From Squalus acanthias (Eukaryota), in the NCBI GenBank assembly GCA_030390025.1, contig CM059432.1, positions 52,702,001 through 52,766,000 on the forward strand: a stretch of 64,000 bases of DNA. Direction: 5' to 3'. This document shows positions 1-13,404 of the stretch, in pieces (positions within the stretch are counted from its first letter, which is position 1; every line of letters starts with the position of its first letter). The position numbers were made by a program, and so were the translations under genes. The notes below the pieces were generated by a model. It did not search any database and was not told the DNA's origin. It was given only the letters and a program-made list of their open reading frames with translations.

Positions 1-447
1 CTCTCTTCCCATATCCCTTGAACAGCATTGATTTTATGACCATAGGCTGGAGTAACCCTCGCTCACACCAAGAAGGAGCACAAGTGTTGAGGATGTGAGG
101 AAGGGGGATGCTAACTTGGGGGAATGGGGTTGGTAGTTTCCCCTCCCATTTTATCTCTGCTTTTGTCTCCATCCACACGTGCATTCCAGTAAGAAAGCTT
201 TCAGGATCTGTACCTGATTTAAATTTTTCTCCCCTCCCTAGTCCAGAGACACTGAACTGTCCCACTACCACCCCAGCTGAAATTAGTTAACTTGGGAATC
301 TTTTCGGTCTGGCTCAGTACTACATCTAGCCACCGAGCCACCAGAATTAAAGCAAACTACATTTAGTAAGTGATAAAAGCAATTAAATAGCACATGCAGC
401 CATGTGGTTACTAATTGCTATGCCAAGTAACACAGTTGCAGAAACAT

Positions 448-1142
448 AAATGCAGCTGGGCAAGAATGGCCTGGATTTTGTGGTGAAAATAACAGTGAGG
501 CTATCAGTGCTCACTGTTATTGGAGTAAATCGAACAGCAACTTCCGGCGACCGCACATGGGTAGTTAAATGTGGGAATCAGGAAGTTGCTGTCTGAGTTG
601 CCCTGCTCCTCCAAAAGCTTCACTATAACAGCATCTCATCTAGATAGACATAGAATGGTGTGAAGTTGGGGTACTTGCGTGACATACTAATCACACCAGA
701 AGTAGTTTGGGCTTGTCCATTTTAAGTCTTAATTACTGCCAAACAACACCTCTGGCACTGAAAATTCGCTTTTACAAGTGTGGAGTCTCATTCCTTCAGA
801 TTTTAATTATTCAAAATTTTCTCATATACACACTTTTTCTGTCTTTTATCTCTTTCTCTCTCTTTCTTCCCCTCTTTATTTCACTTCTGTACATGATTTG
901 GCATTGAATTAACTATTCTAATTGGCACTTCCTGGTTCAGACTCCGCGTGTCTCAGTAAGGATTCTTCAATCTGATTTGTTAAGGAGACACAGTTGCTTG
1001 CTTTGTTCACTCAGGTCCCAGATCCCCTGTAGAGGGCACCACACTGTTTTAGATTTCTAATAACCAAGTTCCTGTACAAAAGCCCATAGAGTGTCTGTGG
1101 GCAAGTGTAATGAATAGCTAGAACCGTTTGTTCACTGTCAGT
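448..1142 (+). mobile_element. Non-autonomous TIR DNA transposon (Harbinger-like MITE family), left part
   Basis: Begins GGCCTGGATTTTG, complementary to CAAAATCCGGGCC at about 13551-13564. Internal block CAGATxCCCTGTAGAGGGC...TGTGGGCAA is shared with 13418-13564. Confidence 0.55.
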
Positions 1143-1410
1143 TATATTAGATTGTATTGATCTGATTTTTTTAAAGAATTTTGTTTAAATGTGTAGTTGT
1201 ACATATTGGATTGAAAAATGATTTCTTTTTGGTCTACATCAGTAAATATGTAATAATGAGATCTGCGAGTCCACCTAGGTGTCAACTGTGGAACTATTCC
1301 TAATGTGGATTAGAATATGGAATACTTTTTATGGAGATCAGTACATGCTCGCTCTTTGCCACCATTTCTGAGAAGGTATTTTTTTTTCCTTTTATCAACA
1401 TTTTGATTAG

Positions 1411-1555
1411 ATCCAAAGAAGAGGACTCTTCTAGTGATGAAGACTCAACTAACCTAAATGAACCAACAGCAAGTGATCCAAAACTCTCCGAGAACCTTAA
1501 TCAGGGATATTCCATCATCTACAAGAAGTCTCTGAGATTATCCTCGGAGCAAATT
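1411..1555 (+). CDS. LPIN2: Lipin-2 internal coding exon (SKEEDSSSDEDS...YKKSLRLSSEQI)
   Basis: AG at 1409-1410 and GTAAG at 1556. YKKSLRLSSxQI is the LPIN2-type sequence preceding the C-LIP domain. Upstream exons lie outside the window. Confidence 0.9.
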
Positions 1556-1999
1556 GTAAGCATTTTTTTCCAGAATATGAATTTTCTGTTTTAGTCATTA
1601 TAAATGTACATGGGTGCACGATTACTGTATAATACATTACATTGGTGTTGGAAAATCACAATTATGTTGATCTTTTCCTTTTTGTTAACTGTATGCGGAA
1701 AACCTGACTTCAGAAGGGATTGATTAATTGACTAATTTTGTTCTGAGACATTTCTGCTCTTGTATTGTACTGAGTTGCTGTAATAATTGCTAAAATATGC
1801 TAAAAATTACTGAAATGCACTTTTGTTAATATATGTTTACTTCCTGCAACATAGAACCTATAATCCATGTAAGTATGTAATCTATCAGATTAAATATTCA
1901 GCTTTGTAATAGACCAATAACTGAGCATACAAAGAAGAGAGTTTACTTTCCTGACGCCTTCCTACCAAAGCTCATGTAGTTATGGAGTTGCAAGAGCTC

Positions 2000-2330
2000 C
2001 AGTTTTGGCTCAGTTTGTTTATGCATTGCCCAGTGTTGAACTGAGCAATGCAAACTAGGAAAGCTGCATGTTTGATCCCCAATCTGAGCTGAGATGGCAA
2101 TAGGAGTGCACCAGTTGACCTTGGCATTCTGGACAAGGGAGGAATAAAAAATCAGCCTGGGTTTCCAATCCTGATCCCTATCCAGTCATGCTTGTGGAAA
2201 TGGATGTCAGTCGTGGGCACCTTTGAGCCTCTTGCTGTCAAATATACTGCTGGCACCTGCCATCCAGGCTAACACTTGAAGAATGGTCATTTGGACAGAG
2301 TACTGGAGTGTGGCTGCTGCCTGTGGAACT
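2000..2330 (+). mobile_element. Old degenerate tRNA-derived SINE-like repeat (related copies ~18660-18880, ~48880-49200; minus ~5780-6000, ~60180-60440)
   Basis: tRNA-like TGGCTCAG...GTTTGATCCC head and a shared TGAAGAATxGxxxxTxGG...GGTACCAGA block across copies. Confidence 0.45.
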
Positions 2331-2477
2331 CTTCCCCTCGCCGTAGCTGGTGTCTTCAGGAGCAGAGAAAAGAAACTTGGGAGGGAAGGTTGAACACACA
2401 AAACTGGAGTACGGTATTTATGCAGGAGAATCTTTGGTTTTGTGTTTTAAATTTTCTTGTGTATGTGTATTCCATAG

Positions 2478-2626
2478 GCAAGTCTTAAATTGAAAGAGGG
2501 GCCAAATGATGCAGTATTTAGTATAACGACTCAGTATCAAGGAACCTGTCGCTGTGAAGGAACCATATACCTCTGGAACTGGGATGATAAAGTCGTCATA
2601 TCTGATATCGATGGAACCATAACCAA
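2478..2626 (+). CDS. LPIN2: Lipin-2 exon with HAD catalytic DxDxT motif ([50 protein letters not shown])
   Basis: AG/GT flanks, 149 nt, phase-compatible with neighbouring exons. DIDGT at 2604-2618. Confidence 0.97.
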
Positions 2627-5546
2627 GTAGGTTGTGTATATGGACGTACCTGTATTTTAACAGGAATTATTTTCATTAGATGCATATATGGAATAGTGTG
2701 CATGTAGGATAATAAATTGGTTAAAAAACTTTGTTATATAGAAAGTTATCTGTATGAACCTTGTAATTTAGGAAGACTTTTGCCCTGTTTATGTATGATG
2801 TAGTTTATTCATAATGTAGCGTGCTGCATAATATGATTTAAGAAAAATATATCAAGCTGCCAGTGCAGAATTCTGTCCAATATGTCTTCTCAATAAGCCT
2901 CATGGAGGCTAGAATTTACATGATGCTGTAGCATCCCCTTTTCTTATCAGAATATATGCATGTTTCTTAATTAACTGTTTCCCTAGTAGTAAATTAATTT
3001 CTGTTGGTCTGTTTTAACAGATGCAAATGGTATCGTGCCATTGGCAAACTCAAATTTATTTCCTGCACTTTTTCCTCTTGTTAATATGATTTCTTGATTT
3101 TTTTTGTTGAACTGTATTCTCCATTTTTATAGCCCTATTGCACTTTGTAGTATTCATTATCCCCACCCCTTTGAGTCTCTTATGATCCAGTTTTCCTTTT
3201 GTTCTACTTCATTGTGTCTTTTTCCAGTATCCATACCCTCTGAATCATTCTATAACGACACTGAAGTTTTTAAGTTTCCACTCAACAGCCAGGATTTTCG
3301 AAAGGTCATCTACTTTATAGCTCTGGTTTCTGTTCTCTCTTCTCCATTACTGCCTGTATCTGTTCTGATATTTTTCTGTGTGTACGAGTGCAGTGTTGTT
3401 GAATTTTCCCTCATTCCCCCATCTCTTTTCTTGGTCACTGTGAGGCAGAAAATCCGTGGACCTTTGATCCCATGTAAGTGCTGGGATTGGCCTACTGGAA
3501 CCTCTACTAATGACTCAATAGGAATATCTGGGTCAGGAGGAGATTGCTTAATTTTAATAATCCAGCTGGCTGCCCACACCACTGGATACATCTCTGGTGT
3601 CTGACACACCAGGGGAAATGGAAGAATTAGCATTGACTACCCCCCCCCCCCCCCCCCCCCCCCCCCACCGCAAAGGTTCCAGGCACTCTTGGCAGAAAAC
3701 TGCCTCATTTACCAGGGGAGGTACTGGCCGAGACCACCAGGAGTGCCTTGCATCCACTGACCAGTATTCCTCTGCTCAATCAATGTACTGGCTGGCTGGT
3801 GGATCACCAGCCAAGGCCTAGGAAGCTCCCAGCCTGGGAGTTTTCTCCCCGACCGCACTGCCTCTGATGTGGGTGACTTTGTTTGGAGCGTACTGAGGTT
3901 CTGCCCCAAACAAGATTGTTCCAATACTTGCTGTGGAGGCAAAACCCAACATAACCGGGCCCTGACAACTTTGCAGACCTTGCTGAGTGCGCTGGAAGGC
4001 CCATGAATTTTTGGGGCCCCTATAATCACCCCATCATTCTCCAGGTGAAATCTATACCAGATGTTGCCTGTGACCGCCTGTAACACCTGTTGAGGGATGT
4101 AGAACAGCCTGGTAGTGCCACTTGCTCTCCAATATATTTGCTCTCCCAACAACATGCTCAAAGGGGAACCGTATCCTACCACAGTTTACTGACATACTAA
4201 CCTATGTCAACAAGGTACAAAGTAGCACATCTAAAACAGGAAGAGCCTTCAGGTAATAACATTACTCTCTCTCTGCTATGTTTAATAAAATCTACTTTAA
4301 TGTCAAAACAATATTTTTTTCCCCCCCAAGAAGATGGGAAAGACTTCTGCAGATAAGAGTGCACAGATTAGAATTTCAGTCGGTGAGGTTTAGAATCCTA
4401 CATATACAGGCTTTGCTTTTCTCCTGTAATGTTCAGTGCTGCTGCAGTTTAGATCCCATGACATTTCAGTTTAAATCACATGATTTACTAAATGGTAGCC
4501 TGCTCTCTGCTACTGCTGCCACAGGCTGCTAAGACACCTTCCTGGCAAAAACAATTTTACTTGAAAACTAGTAAAACCAGCCCCTCAAATCATGTATGAA
4601 TTATATAGAATTTTTTTTAATCTTTAATGTTCACTTGTGGATTTTCATAGTCATACACCCAGATATTCCTGCAAGCCATTACCCCAACAGGTCTTGCTCC
4701 ACAATTAGTGGGAAGCTTGCTGTGTGTTTTTAACTAGTTAAACTCCAGCCATACTATTCTGCCAACCTGCATCTAAGGTCTCTGCACTTGTGAAGTAAGT
4801 GGGATGTGTCCACATGAGGAGAGACTGTGCACTCTAACTGGACAAACAGGCACTCTGCAGGTGAGAGTAGATTTCTTAGTAACTTGACTTGCAAACGAAG
4901 AAATCTGCACTCACCAGGTAATGCCTTTCAGACACACTTGTCCCAAGTCCGAGTTTCCTCCTCCTCTATGCACTGGGCATCTGTCAGCATGGTGGAGGGA
5001 TCTGCACAGAGCAGCCTGTGTTGTGCCAGCCACCTTTTTATGTTTGAGTTGTCCCATGCCCCATACAAAACTTCTCATCACAAACTCTCTATCAGGAAAT
5101 TTGACAGAGGCCTGAGGCTGACTCCTCTTCCAGGGTGACAGGTCTGCCCTCCCTCTCTGCAACTGCTTCCCCATTTTCCCCACAAATGCTCATCACAGCT
5201 TGGTCCTGGATCTCACGTGATCCAGAGGAAACCCTTCTGTTAGACTCTTAGGAGTTCATTACATAGAGTAATATAGAAATATATTTCAAAGGATGCATCA
5301 ATTTCTAGGTCGAAATGATATTGATGAACTGCTTACTTGTCATATTTTGTGATTTCTTAACCGTCCAGTGTGTTACTGCTGGGTAACAGCTTGTCTCTTA
5401 CCTCTTATTAATATAAAATTTAATTTTAGTTCCCATTAATGTTATACAGTAATACACTAATCTATTTACCTTAACAGTTTGGTTGTTTTAGATAATTTAT
5501 GAGCGGCAGATAATTTATAGTAACGTATGCATATATTTTCTTATAG

Positions 5547-5633
5547 GTCTGATGCCCTAGGGCAGATCCTTCCTCAGCTGGGCAAGGACTGGACCCACCC
5601 AGGGATCGCCAAACTTTATCATAAGATACATGA
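5547..5633 (+). CDS. LPIN2: Lipin-2 exon with LxxIL motif ([29 protein letters not shown])
   Basis: ttatAG acceptor and GTATG donor, 87 nt. [15 protein letters not shown] is LPIN2-type. Confidence 0.97.
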
Positions 5634-6484
5634 GTATGTGTCTGGCAATTACATCTCAAGAAAAGTAACATTGCTAAGAGGTTGTAAAGAAAGGGTTGAA
5701 TTCAACTCCCCCCTACCCTTGCCAATTTCCTCCCCAAGGTGGTGACTCCATGGCACTGGATGCCCTCAAGTGCCCTGTTCAAATGGCCATTATTCATTTG
5801 AGTCTTGACTGCTTATCCACATTGATCTCGCCTAGCATCCAGAAATGTGTACTTCCAGCAGGGGTGCTGGTCAATGATCGAACGGGAACCCTGGCAGATT
5901 TTACTCTCCTTAAACAAAGCGTGTCTAAACAAATTGTAGCATTGACACTGGGCTGAACCTGAGAGATTTCTAGTCTGTATGATTCTGCTATCCACTGGAT
6001 AAACTAGTTGAGCGATTCAGGGTTATTAAAGATATTTGATGGCTGATGGAGAGTAATAGCCTTCCTGGTCCTGTACATTCCTATGAGCTATGGTGATATC
6101 CATAACAAATACGGAGATCTATCGTATGCCAAATCATGAAGTCTATATTTTTAGGATCTGGGGTGTGGCTGGTTGCTTTAAATTTTGCTTCCTGCAACAG
6201 GTGACTGAGATGAAATGTATGTCACCAGACAATATCCATATCCCTTGGAAGGCATGATATTATTCATGTGCAAATATGTTCTGATTGCAAAACAAGCAGA
6301 AACCACTTAACAGACTGCTTACTTTATCCAGGAAAAAATAAGGTAAAGGGCTTGGCAATGTGCAGATGGATTTGTCTGATAGCTAGTTGAAATTCAGGGA
6401 ACCATCCCATTTATTAATTTTGATTTTGCTCAACTGTGGAAGACTCCTTTTTAGATTTTTTTTTTGTATGCCAGATTGCTTTAA

Positions 6485-6940
6485 AGTGTCAGCTGTGGCT
6501 CAGTTGGTGGCACCCTCGTCACTGAGTCAGAAAGTTATGGGTTCAAGTCCCACTCCAAGGACTTGAGCACAAAAATCTAGGCTGACACTCCAGTGCAGTA
6601 CTGAGGGAGTGCTGCACTGTTGGAGGTGCCGTCTTTTGGATGAGACGTTAAACAGAGTCTGCTCTCTCAGGTGGATCCCATGGCACTATTTCAAAGAAGA
6701 GCAGGAGAGTTATCCCCCGTGTCCTGGCCAATATTTATCCCTCAATCAACATCACTAAAACAGGTTATCTGGTCATTATCACATTGCTGTTTGTGGGAGC
6801 TTGCTGTGTGCAAATTGGCTGCCGCGTTACCTACATTACAACAGTGACTACACTTCAAAAAGTACCTCATTGGCTGTAAAGCGCTTTGGGACGTCCAGGG
6901 GTCATGAAAGGCGCTATATAAATGCAAGTTCTTTCTTTTC
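6485..6940 (+). mobile_element. tRNA-derived SINE with Deu-type core (SacSINE1-like) and L2-like tail
   Basis: A box TGGCTCAGTTGG and B box GGTTCAAGTCC. Core TGTCCTGGCCAATATTTATCCCTCAA...TTGTGGGAGCTTGCTGTG. Tail AAAGGCGCTATATAAATGCAAG. A partial minus-strand copy lies at ~41041-41150. Confidence 0.8.
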
Positions 6941-6949
6941 TTTAAAGAG

Positions 6950-7490
6950 TTTGAGTTGTATCTCAACATGGCAGCCTTAAACCCATAGAGGAAAGTGTGG
7001 CTTGTTCAAGACTAGTTGTTGGAGAAGCAGTCTGACCACATGGGGCATTGGAGGCGTCGAGAGAGGTAGTGGAGTGGTAGAGTTGGGTGTTGTCAGCATA
7101 CGTGTGGAAGATAACCCCATGTCTGTGAATAATGTCTCCATGGGGCAGCAGATGGAAGAGAGGGCTGAGGATAGTTTCTTGAGGAACCCTGGAGGTAACA
7201 GGCGAGAAGAGGAGCCATTTCTGGAGATGCTCTGGCTACGATCAGATAGGTACGAATGAAACCAAGTGGAAGCAGTCCACAGATCTGGACATTGGAAGAA
7301 GATGGCATTGTTGACCATGTCAATGGCTATAAAGAGGACAAGGAAGCATAATGCATAATAGTCGCAGTTACAGGGAATGAGGTTTGTCATTTTGGTTAGA
7401 GCCATTTTGATACTAATTGGAAACCTGATTGGGGAGATTAATACAGGGAGTTGTAGGGAGGCAACAACGTGTTCAAGAGCTTTGGAGAGG
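6950..7490 (-). mobile_element. Degenerate L2-type LINE RT fragment
   Basis: Broken minus-strand frames: WFHSYLSDRSQSISRNG; GLSST...MLTTPNST (YADD region). Confidence 0.65.
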
Positions 7491-8490
7491 AAAGAAAAAT
7501 TGCAAGGACTTGGAGATCAAGGGTTTTTTTTCTTTCAGGAGAGGGATGCCAAAGAAACAAATCTTTACAAATGCATTCACATTTGCAAAAGAAAGCAAGT
7601 CATTGTTCTTGATTTAACTGTGTCTACTCAGAGTTTGCCAAACAAAATATATTTGCATGAGAATTTTTTTAATTATTTGCATATTAAAGCAATGAATCTT
7701 GTCTGTAATGACTCTGTACATTTCTAATCATAAATATATTATGTATATAAATAAAAATGTGGATTTAGTACTAAAATAGATTTTCAGACATATTTCTAAT
7801 TAGATTGGTTCACCAGAAAAAAATCAAAATAATTTGTCATTTTCAATGGTAGTGTTATGAATAGCAGAGTCAAATGATGTACACTGCATAATTACAATCA
7901 TGTTAACATTTTAATTATCTACAATAACTGAGGTGACTTTTTTGCAGTAGTAACAGGATATAGGCAGTGGGTGTGAGATTTCCCCAGATGGAAGTTCTTG
8001 ATTTTCCAACAGGGATGGAAAATAATTGAAGAATAGCTATTGCATAACTCATTATAATCAAATTGGGCATTGTGTACAGGAGCTTGAGAGCAAGCCATCT
8101 GGCCATCCTCTTGACCAGGAGATGGGATGTTTGCAAGGTACTGTTTGCCTCATCCCTGCTTGCCAAAGTTTTTCTGTTTTCTGCCCTTCTCTCCAGAAGA
8201 TGCTAATTTTTGCTGGATATAGATCCACAGGCATTGGCAGCTCCAATAACATAGCCACTCTTCATGTGAGAGCCAAGATAGTTAGAAAAAGCCGAGAACC
8301 CAGTTTATTACAGACATTAGTCGGGAACAAAATATATAAACAGCATCAAATATATAATTATATTAATCAACCCAAATAATAAGTAACCTTTGCTGCACAG
8401 GAATTAATTGAGAAATTAAGATGGCTTAAATGTAACCTAAGGCTATGTGTTAATTATACACACGTTTACTGTTCTCTGCTGTTTGCTTAA

Positions 8491-8772
<282 letters not shown>

Positions 8773-10045
8773 TAGTGTTGGGGGATTGTTCAGGTGGTGT
8801 CTGACATACCCAGAAACCCATCACCATGTTTGAGGCTCCAAACCAAGCTACCGAAAAGACTGCACCTGTAGAGTTTTTGTCCAATATTGAATGCTCTCCA
8901 TAGAGACATACCCCACCTCCCAAGTCCAGAAAGCTTAGGTGTTGGTTGATGACTTAGGACCCCAGTTGTGTGCAGGGTATCACTGAGGTTTAACCAGATC
9001 AAACCACACAACTTAGCAGCACCGAATGCTGGTAGCTTTCTGCTGTTCAGCTAGGACCATTCTACCCACTGGTTTGCAGGGTGGGTAGAGTGGTCTTAGC
9101 TAAATGACAGGCCTACCTCTTCAGATACTCATCGAGAGTAAGACTGGCTGGTCAGACATCAACAGTGTCCTGGAGTACTGAGGAGCTGTGTCTGTTTTTA
9201 GGTATTGGATTACTGAGTCTGCCATAGCGGTTCTGAATTTCTGTTCAGGCTTAATCATCTTGGAGCCACCCTGACCCCAAAGATACCCCAGAGGATAGTC
9301 ACTCGATAGTTTTGCAATATAGTAGACGAGGTTAAGTTCCACTAGCGTGCGACTGTTGGCAAAGCACTTTGTAAGCTAGATATTTCACAACTTTATGCTT
9401 AACATATTATTGCTTAAATTAAAAATTCTTGACACTATAAATATTTACGATTTCAAAACTGACCTGCACATGTTACTCAATATTTAAAGAAACGCATTCC
9501 AAAATGAATGTCAAGTGGTATCTGGGCTGGTAACTACAAAAGTATATAGGTGGTTAACTCTTTAAAACCAGCACTACAAAACTGCATACACAATTGCTAT
9601 ACATCCACAACCTTTTAAAAGTAGAGTTATATTACATATGCATAGAATGCAGTGGCCTTGTATTTCTTTGAGGTAGATTCGAATTAACTTGGCAAAATTT
9701 TAAAATAAAGGAAAAAACTTCAACTGTCTGTCTTGGACAGCTGGAGTTTCGTCCTGCTGAAGGCAGGATTCAAGGCCATAATCATGGCTAAACATTAGGG
9801 GAACTGGTCTTTTTCATAGGTAGGAGCAAAAGACCCGTCTCTTCTGTCTCTGTTTATGCTGCTAGTAATGCCGTAGCAGAAATGAGGCAGGGCTACATTC
9901 AAAGGCTAGGGAAGATTGCTGGTGGAAACTGAACAATGGGAAATAGTTTAGCAACATGTACATATTTCAAAGATGCATTGTTGAATAGTCCACATTTCAG
10001 ATAAAACAATGCATTATGTGGTCATGTATTTGTTTGCCTGACATT

Positions 10046-11862
10046 ACATAAAAACATAAGACATAGGAGCAGGAGTAGGCCATTCGGTCCTTCGAGCCTG
10101 CTCCGCCATTCACTAAGATCATGGCTGATCTTCTATCTCCTCTCCACTTTCCTGAACTATCCCCATATCCCTTGTTTCCCTTAATATTCAAAAATCTATC
10201 GATCTCTGTCTTGAATATCCTCAACGACTGAGCTTGCACAGCACTCTGGAGTAGAGAATTCCAAAGATTCACCACTCTCTGAGTGAAGAATTTTCTCCTC
10301 ATCTCAGTCCTAAATGGCTGACCCCTTATTCTGAGACTGTGACCCCTGGTTCTAGACTCCCCAGCCAGGGGAAATATCCTCCCTGCATCTACCCTGTCAA
10401 GCCCTGTAAGAATTTTGTATGTTTCAATGAGATCACCTCTCATTCTTCTAAACTCCAGAGAGTATAGGGCCAGTCTACTCAATCTCTCCTCATAAGAAAA
10501 TCCCCCCATCCCAGGAACCAGTCTGGTGAACCTTTGTTGCACTCCCTCTATGGCAAGTATATCCTTCCTTAGGTAAGGTGACCAAAACTGTACACAATAC
10601 TCCAGGTGTGGTCTCACCAGGGCCCTATATAATTGCAGTAAGACCCCTTTACTCTTATACTCAAATCCTCTTGTAATAAAGGCCAACATACCATTTGCTT
10701 TCCTAATTGCTTGCTGTACCTGCATGTTAACTTTCAGTGATTTGTATACAAGGACACCCAGGTCCCCCTGGACACCAACAGTTCCCAATCTCTCACCATT
10801 TAAAAAATACTCTGCTTTTCTATTTTTCCTACCCAAGTGGATAACTTCACATTTCTCCACATTATATTCCATTTACCATGTTCTTGCCCACTCACTTAGC
10901 CTGTCTATATCCCCTTGAAGCCTCCTTGCACCTGCTCACAACTTACATTCCCACCCAGCTTTGTATCATCAGCAAACTTGGATATATTACATTTGGTCCC
11001 CTCATTCAAATCTTTGATGTAGATTGTGAATAGCTGAGGCCCAAGCACTGATCCTTGCGGTACCCCACAAGTTACAGCCTGCCAACCCGAAAATGACCCG
11101 TTTATTCCTACTCTCTGTTTTCTGTCCATTAACCAATCCTCAATCCATGCTAGTATATTACCCCCCAATCCCATGAGCCCTATTTTTTTTTTTAATAACC
11201 TCTTGTGTGGCACCTTATCGAATGCCTTCTGAAAATCCAAATACACCACATCCACTGGTTCCCCCTTATCTATTCTGCTAGTTACAACCTCAAAAAAACT
11301 CCAACAGATTCGTCAAACACGATTTCCCTTTCATAAATCCGTGTTGACTGCCCAATCCTATTATTTTCTAAGTGCCCTGTTACCACGTTCTTAATAATAG
11401 ATTCTAGCTTTTTCCCTACTACTGATGTCAGGCTAACTGGTCTGTAGTTCCCTGTTTTCTCTCTCCCTCCTTTCTTAAATAGTGGGTTACATTTGCTACC
11501 TTCCAATCTGCGGGAACCGTTCTAGAATCTGTGGAATTTTGGAAAATGACAACCAATGCATCCACTATCTCTATAGCCAACTCTTTCAAAACCCTAGGAT
11601 GTAGGCCATCAGGTCCAGGGGATTTATCGACTTTCAGTCCCATTAATTTCTCCAGTACTACTTTTTTTTACTAATACTAATTTCTTTTAGTTCCTCATTC
11701 TCGCTGCAGCCTTGGTTCTCCACTATTTCCGGGAAGTTTTTTGCATCCTCTTCCATGCAGACAGACACAAAGTATTTGTTTAATTTCTCTGCCATTTCCT
11801 TATTCCCCATTATAATTTCTCCTGTCTTGGCCTGTAAGGGATCCACATTTACTTTCACTAAT
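10046..11862 (-). mobile_element. 5'-truncated CR1 LINE (ORF2 RT and 3' tail) in an LPIN2 intron
   Basis: Frameshifted ORFs: [43 protein letters not shown]. (ACATAAGA)-type tail at ~10046-10066. Confidence 0.95.
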
Positions 11863-11884
11863 TATTGTACCTGTTTAATTGCAG

Positions 11885-11999
11885 GGAGGTAATCGAGAAG
11901 AAACCAGAAAAATTTAAGATTCAATGTTTAACTGACATCAAAAATCTATTTAGTCTTTACAACCAGCCATTCTACGCTGCTTTTGGGAACCGACCTAAT
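11885..11999 (+). CDS. LPIN2: Lipin-2 exon ([38 protein letters not shown])
   Basis: tgcAG acceptor and GTAAGT donor, 115 nt. Conserved [10 protein letters not shown]. Confidence 0.96.
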
Positions 12000-12225
12000 G
12001 TAAGTAGCCAGCAACACTCTTTCCTACCTTTTTACTCTTTAAAAAAAAATGCAATAAGTGGCACTCAGTCTAAAGTAGTTAAAAAATACAAAATTATTAA
12101 TAAGGTAAAAATATGTATTTTTGTCCTCCGTCTTGGTTTAGCAATTTTAGACTTGAGTACTGTGTACTGACCAGAGTGTGCAAAATTTCAAACCGGCTTT
12201 CTTGTCTTTCAAATTTCTTTTTCAG

Positions 12226-12329
12226 GATGTTTGTGCCTACAAGCAAGTAGGAGTCTCAGACTACAAAATCTTTACAGTAAATCCAAAAGGTGAACTGATA
12301 CAGGAGCAAACCAAGGGCAATAAATCTTC
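12226..12329 (+). CDS. LPIN2: Lipin-2 exon ([35 protein letters not shown])
   Basis: Polypyrimidine tract plus CAG, GTAAGT donor, 104 nt. Conserved [10 protein letters not shown]. Confidence 0.96.
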
Positions 12330-12393
12330 GTAAGTATTCTGATTAATGGAATTCCTGAGACTCTCAAAATAATAAAGACCATCTTTATTCAAA

Positions 12394-12540
12394 TGTGAGA
12401 AGTCGCACAACACCAGGTTATAGTCCAACAGTTTTATTTGAAATCAAATTTTTATTTCAAATAAAACTGTTGGACTATAACCTGGTGTTGTGCGACTTCT
12501 CACATTTGTCCACCCCAGTCCAACACTGGCATCTCCACTT
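12394..12540 (+). mobile_element. Penelope-like (pLTR) fold-back insertion, short copy
   Basis: Inverted arms of ~55 bp plus a ~35-nt tail. TSD CATCTTTATTCAAA at 12380-12393 and 12541-12554. Confidence 0.8.
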
Positions 12541-12973
12541 CATCTTTATTCAAAGCACAGAGGAATTGGAATTAAAAAATGTAATTGTCTGCAACTTGGT
12601 TGTAAATTTTGGAAAAGCAATGTGATGCCAATTTAGAAAAGGTTCATTATGCCTAGAATTATCCAATCTGTAGCAGTAAATAGTAATTGTTACTAACTCT
12701 TGCTAATGAAGCTCTTTTTTTGTAGGGGTGGGTGTGGTGTGTGAACACACTATTTGGTCCTCACAGCCATGATTCCCATGTACGTTCTACACTTCTTTCC
12801 TTGCCTTCTAGCATTCCTTCCCCCCCACCCCCACTCGCCCGCATTTTAAAATAATTTTAAATTCTTATGAGCTAAATATACTGAAACACCACAGCTCCCA
12901 GGAGGTACATTTCTAAAATATTTTTTCCATGACGCGTGCTGCTTTCTTCTGTTTGCTGCTATAATCACACATG

Positions 12974-13404
12974 ATGCGGAGATGCCGGTGTTGGACTGGG
13001 GTGGACAAAATTGAGAGGTCGCACAACACCAGGTTATAGTCCAACAGTTTTATTTGAAATCACAAGCTTTCGGAGCTATCGATTGCCCCTTCCTCAGGTG
13101 AAGTAAATAGATACAGAATCGCCAAAGCATATATAGATAGAGAACAAAGCATGTGTACCTTACAATTGCAGACAACTAAATTAAATCATCCTGACTATCT
13201 GCCGAGGTGTGATAAAGTTTAATTTAATGATTTAATTTAGTTGTCTGCAATTGTAAGGTACACATGCTTTGTTCTCTATCTATATATGCTTTGGCGATTC
13301 TGTATCTATTTACTTCACCTGAGGAAGGGGCAATCGATAGCTCCGAAAGCTTGTGATTTCAAATAAAACTGTTGGACTATAACCTGGTGTTGTGCGACCT
13401 CTCA
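12974..13404 (-). mobile_element. Penelope-like (pLTR) fold-back insertion with 180-bp inverted repeat and hammerhead cores
   Basis: Arms 13010-13189 and 13227-13406. TSD ATAATCACACATG at 12961-12973 and 13405-13417. CTGAGGA...GAAA core in each arm. Confidence 0.85.
13315..13356 (+). ncRNA. Minimal type-I hammerhead ribozyme motif (Penelope-associated)
   Basis: tcac-CTGAGGA-a-ggggc..gctcc-GAAA-gc-TT-gtga. Mirror copy on the minus strand at 13060-13101. Confidence 0.65.

Noticed and set aside
3640..3666. Poly-C run giving a polyproline/polyglycine ORF
   Set aside because: Simple homopolymer; its length may be unreliable.
3709..4182. 157-aa minus-strand ORF
   Set aside because: No recognisable domain or splice context. 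Likely chance or a decayed repeat.
4827..5183. Possible decayed L1/Tx1 C-terminal zinc-knuckle region (CP...EEET)
   Set aside because: The motif is fragmented across frames and cannot be supported without a search.
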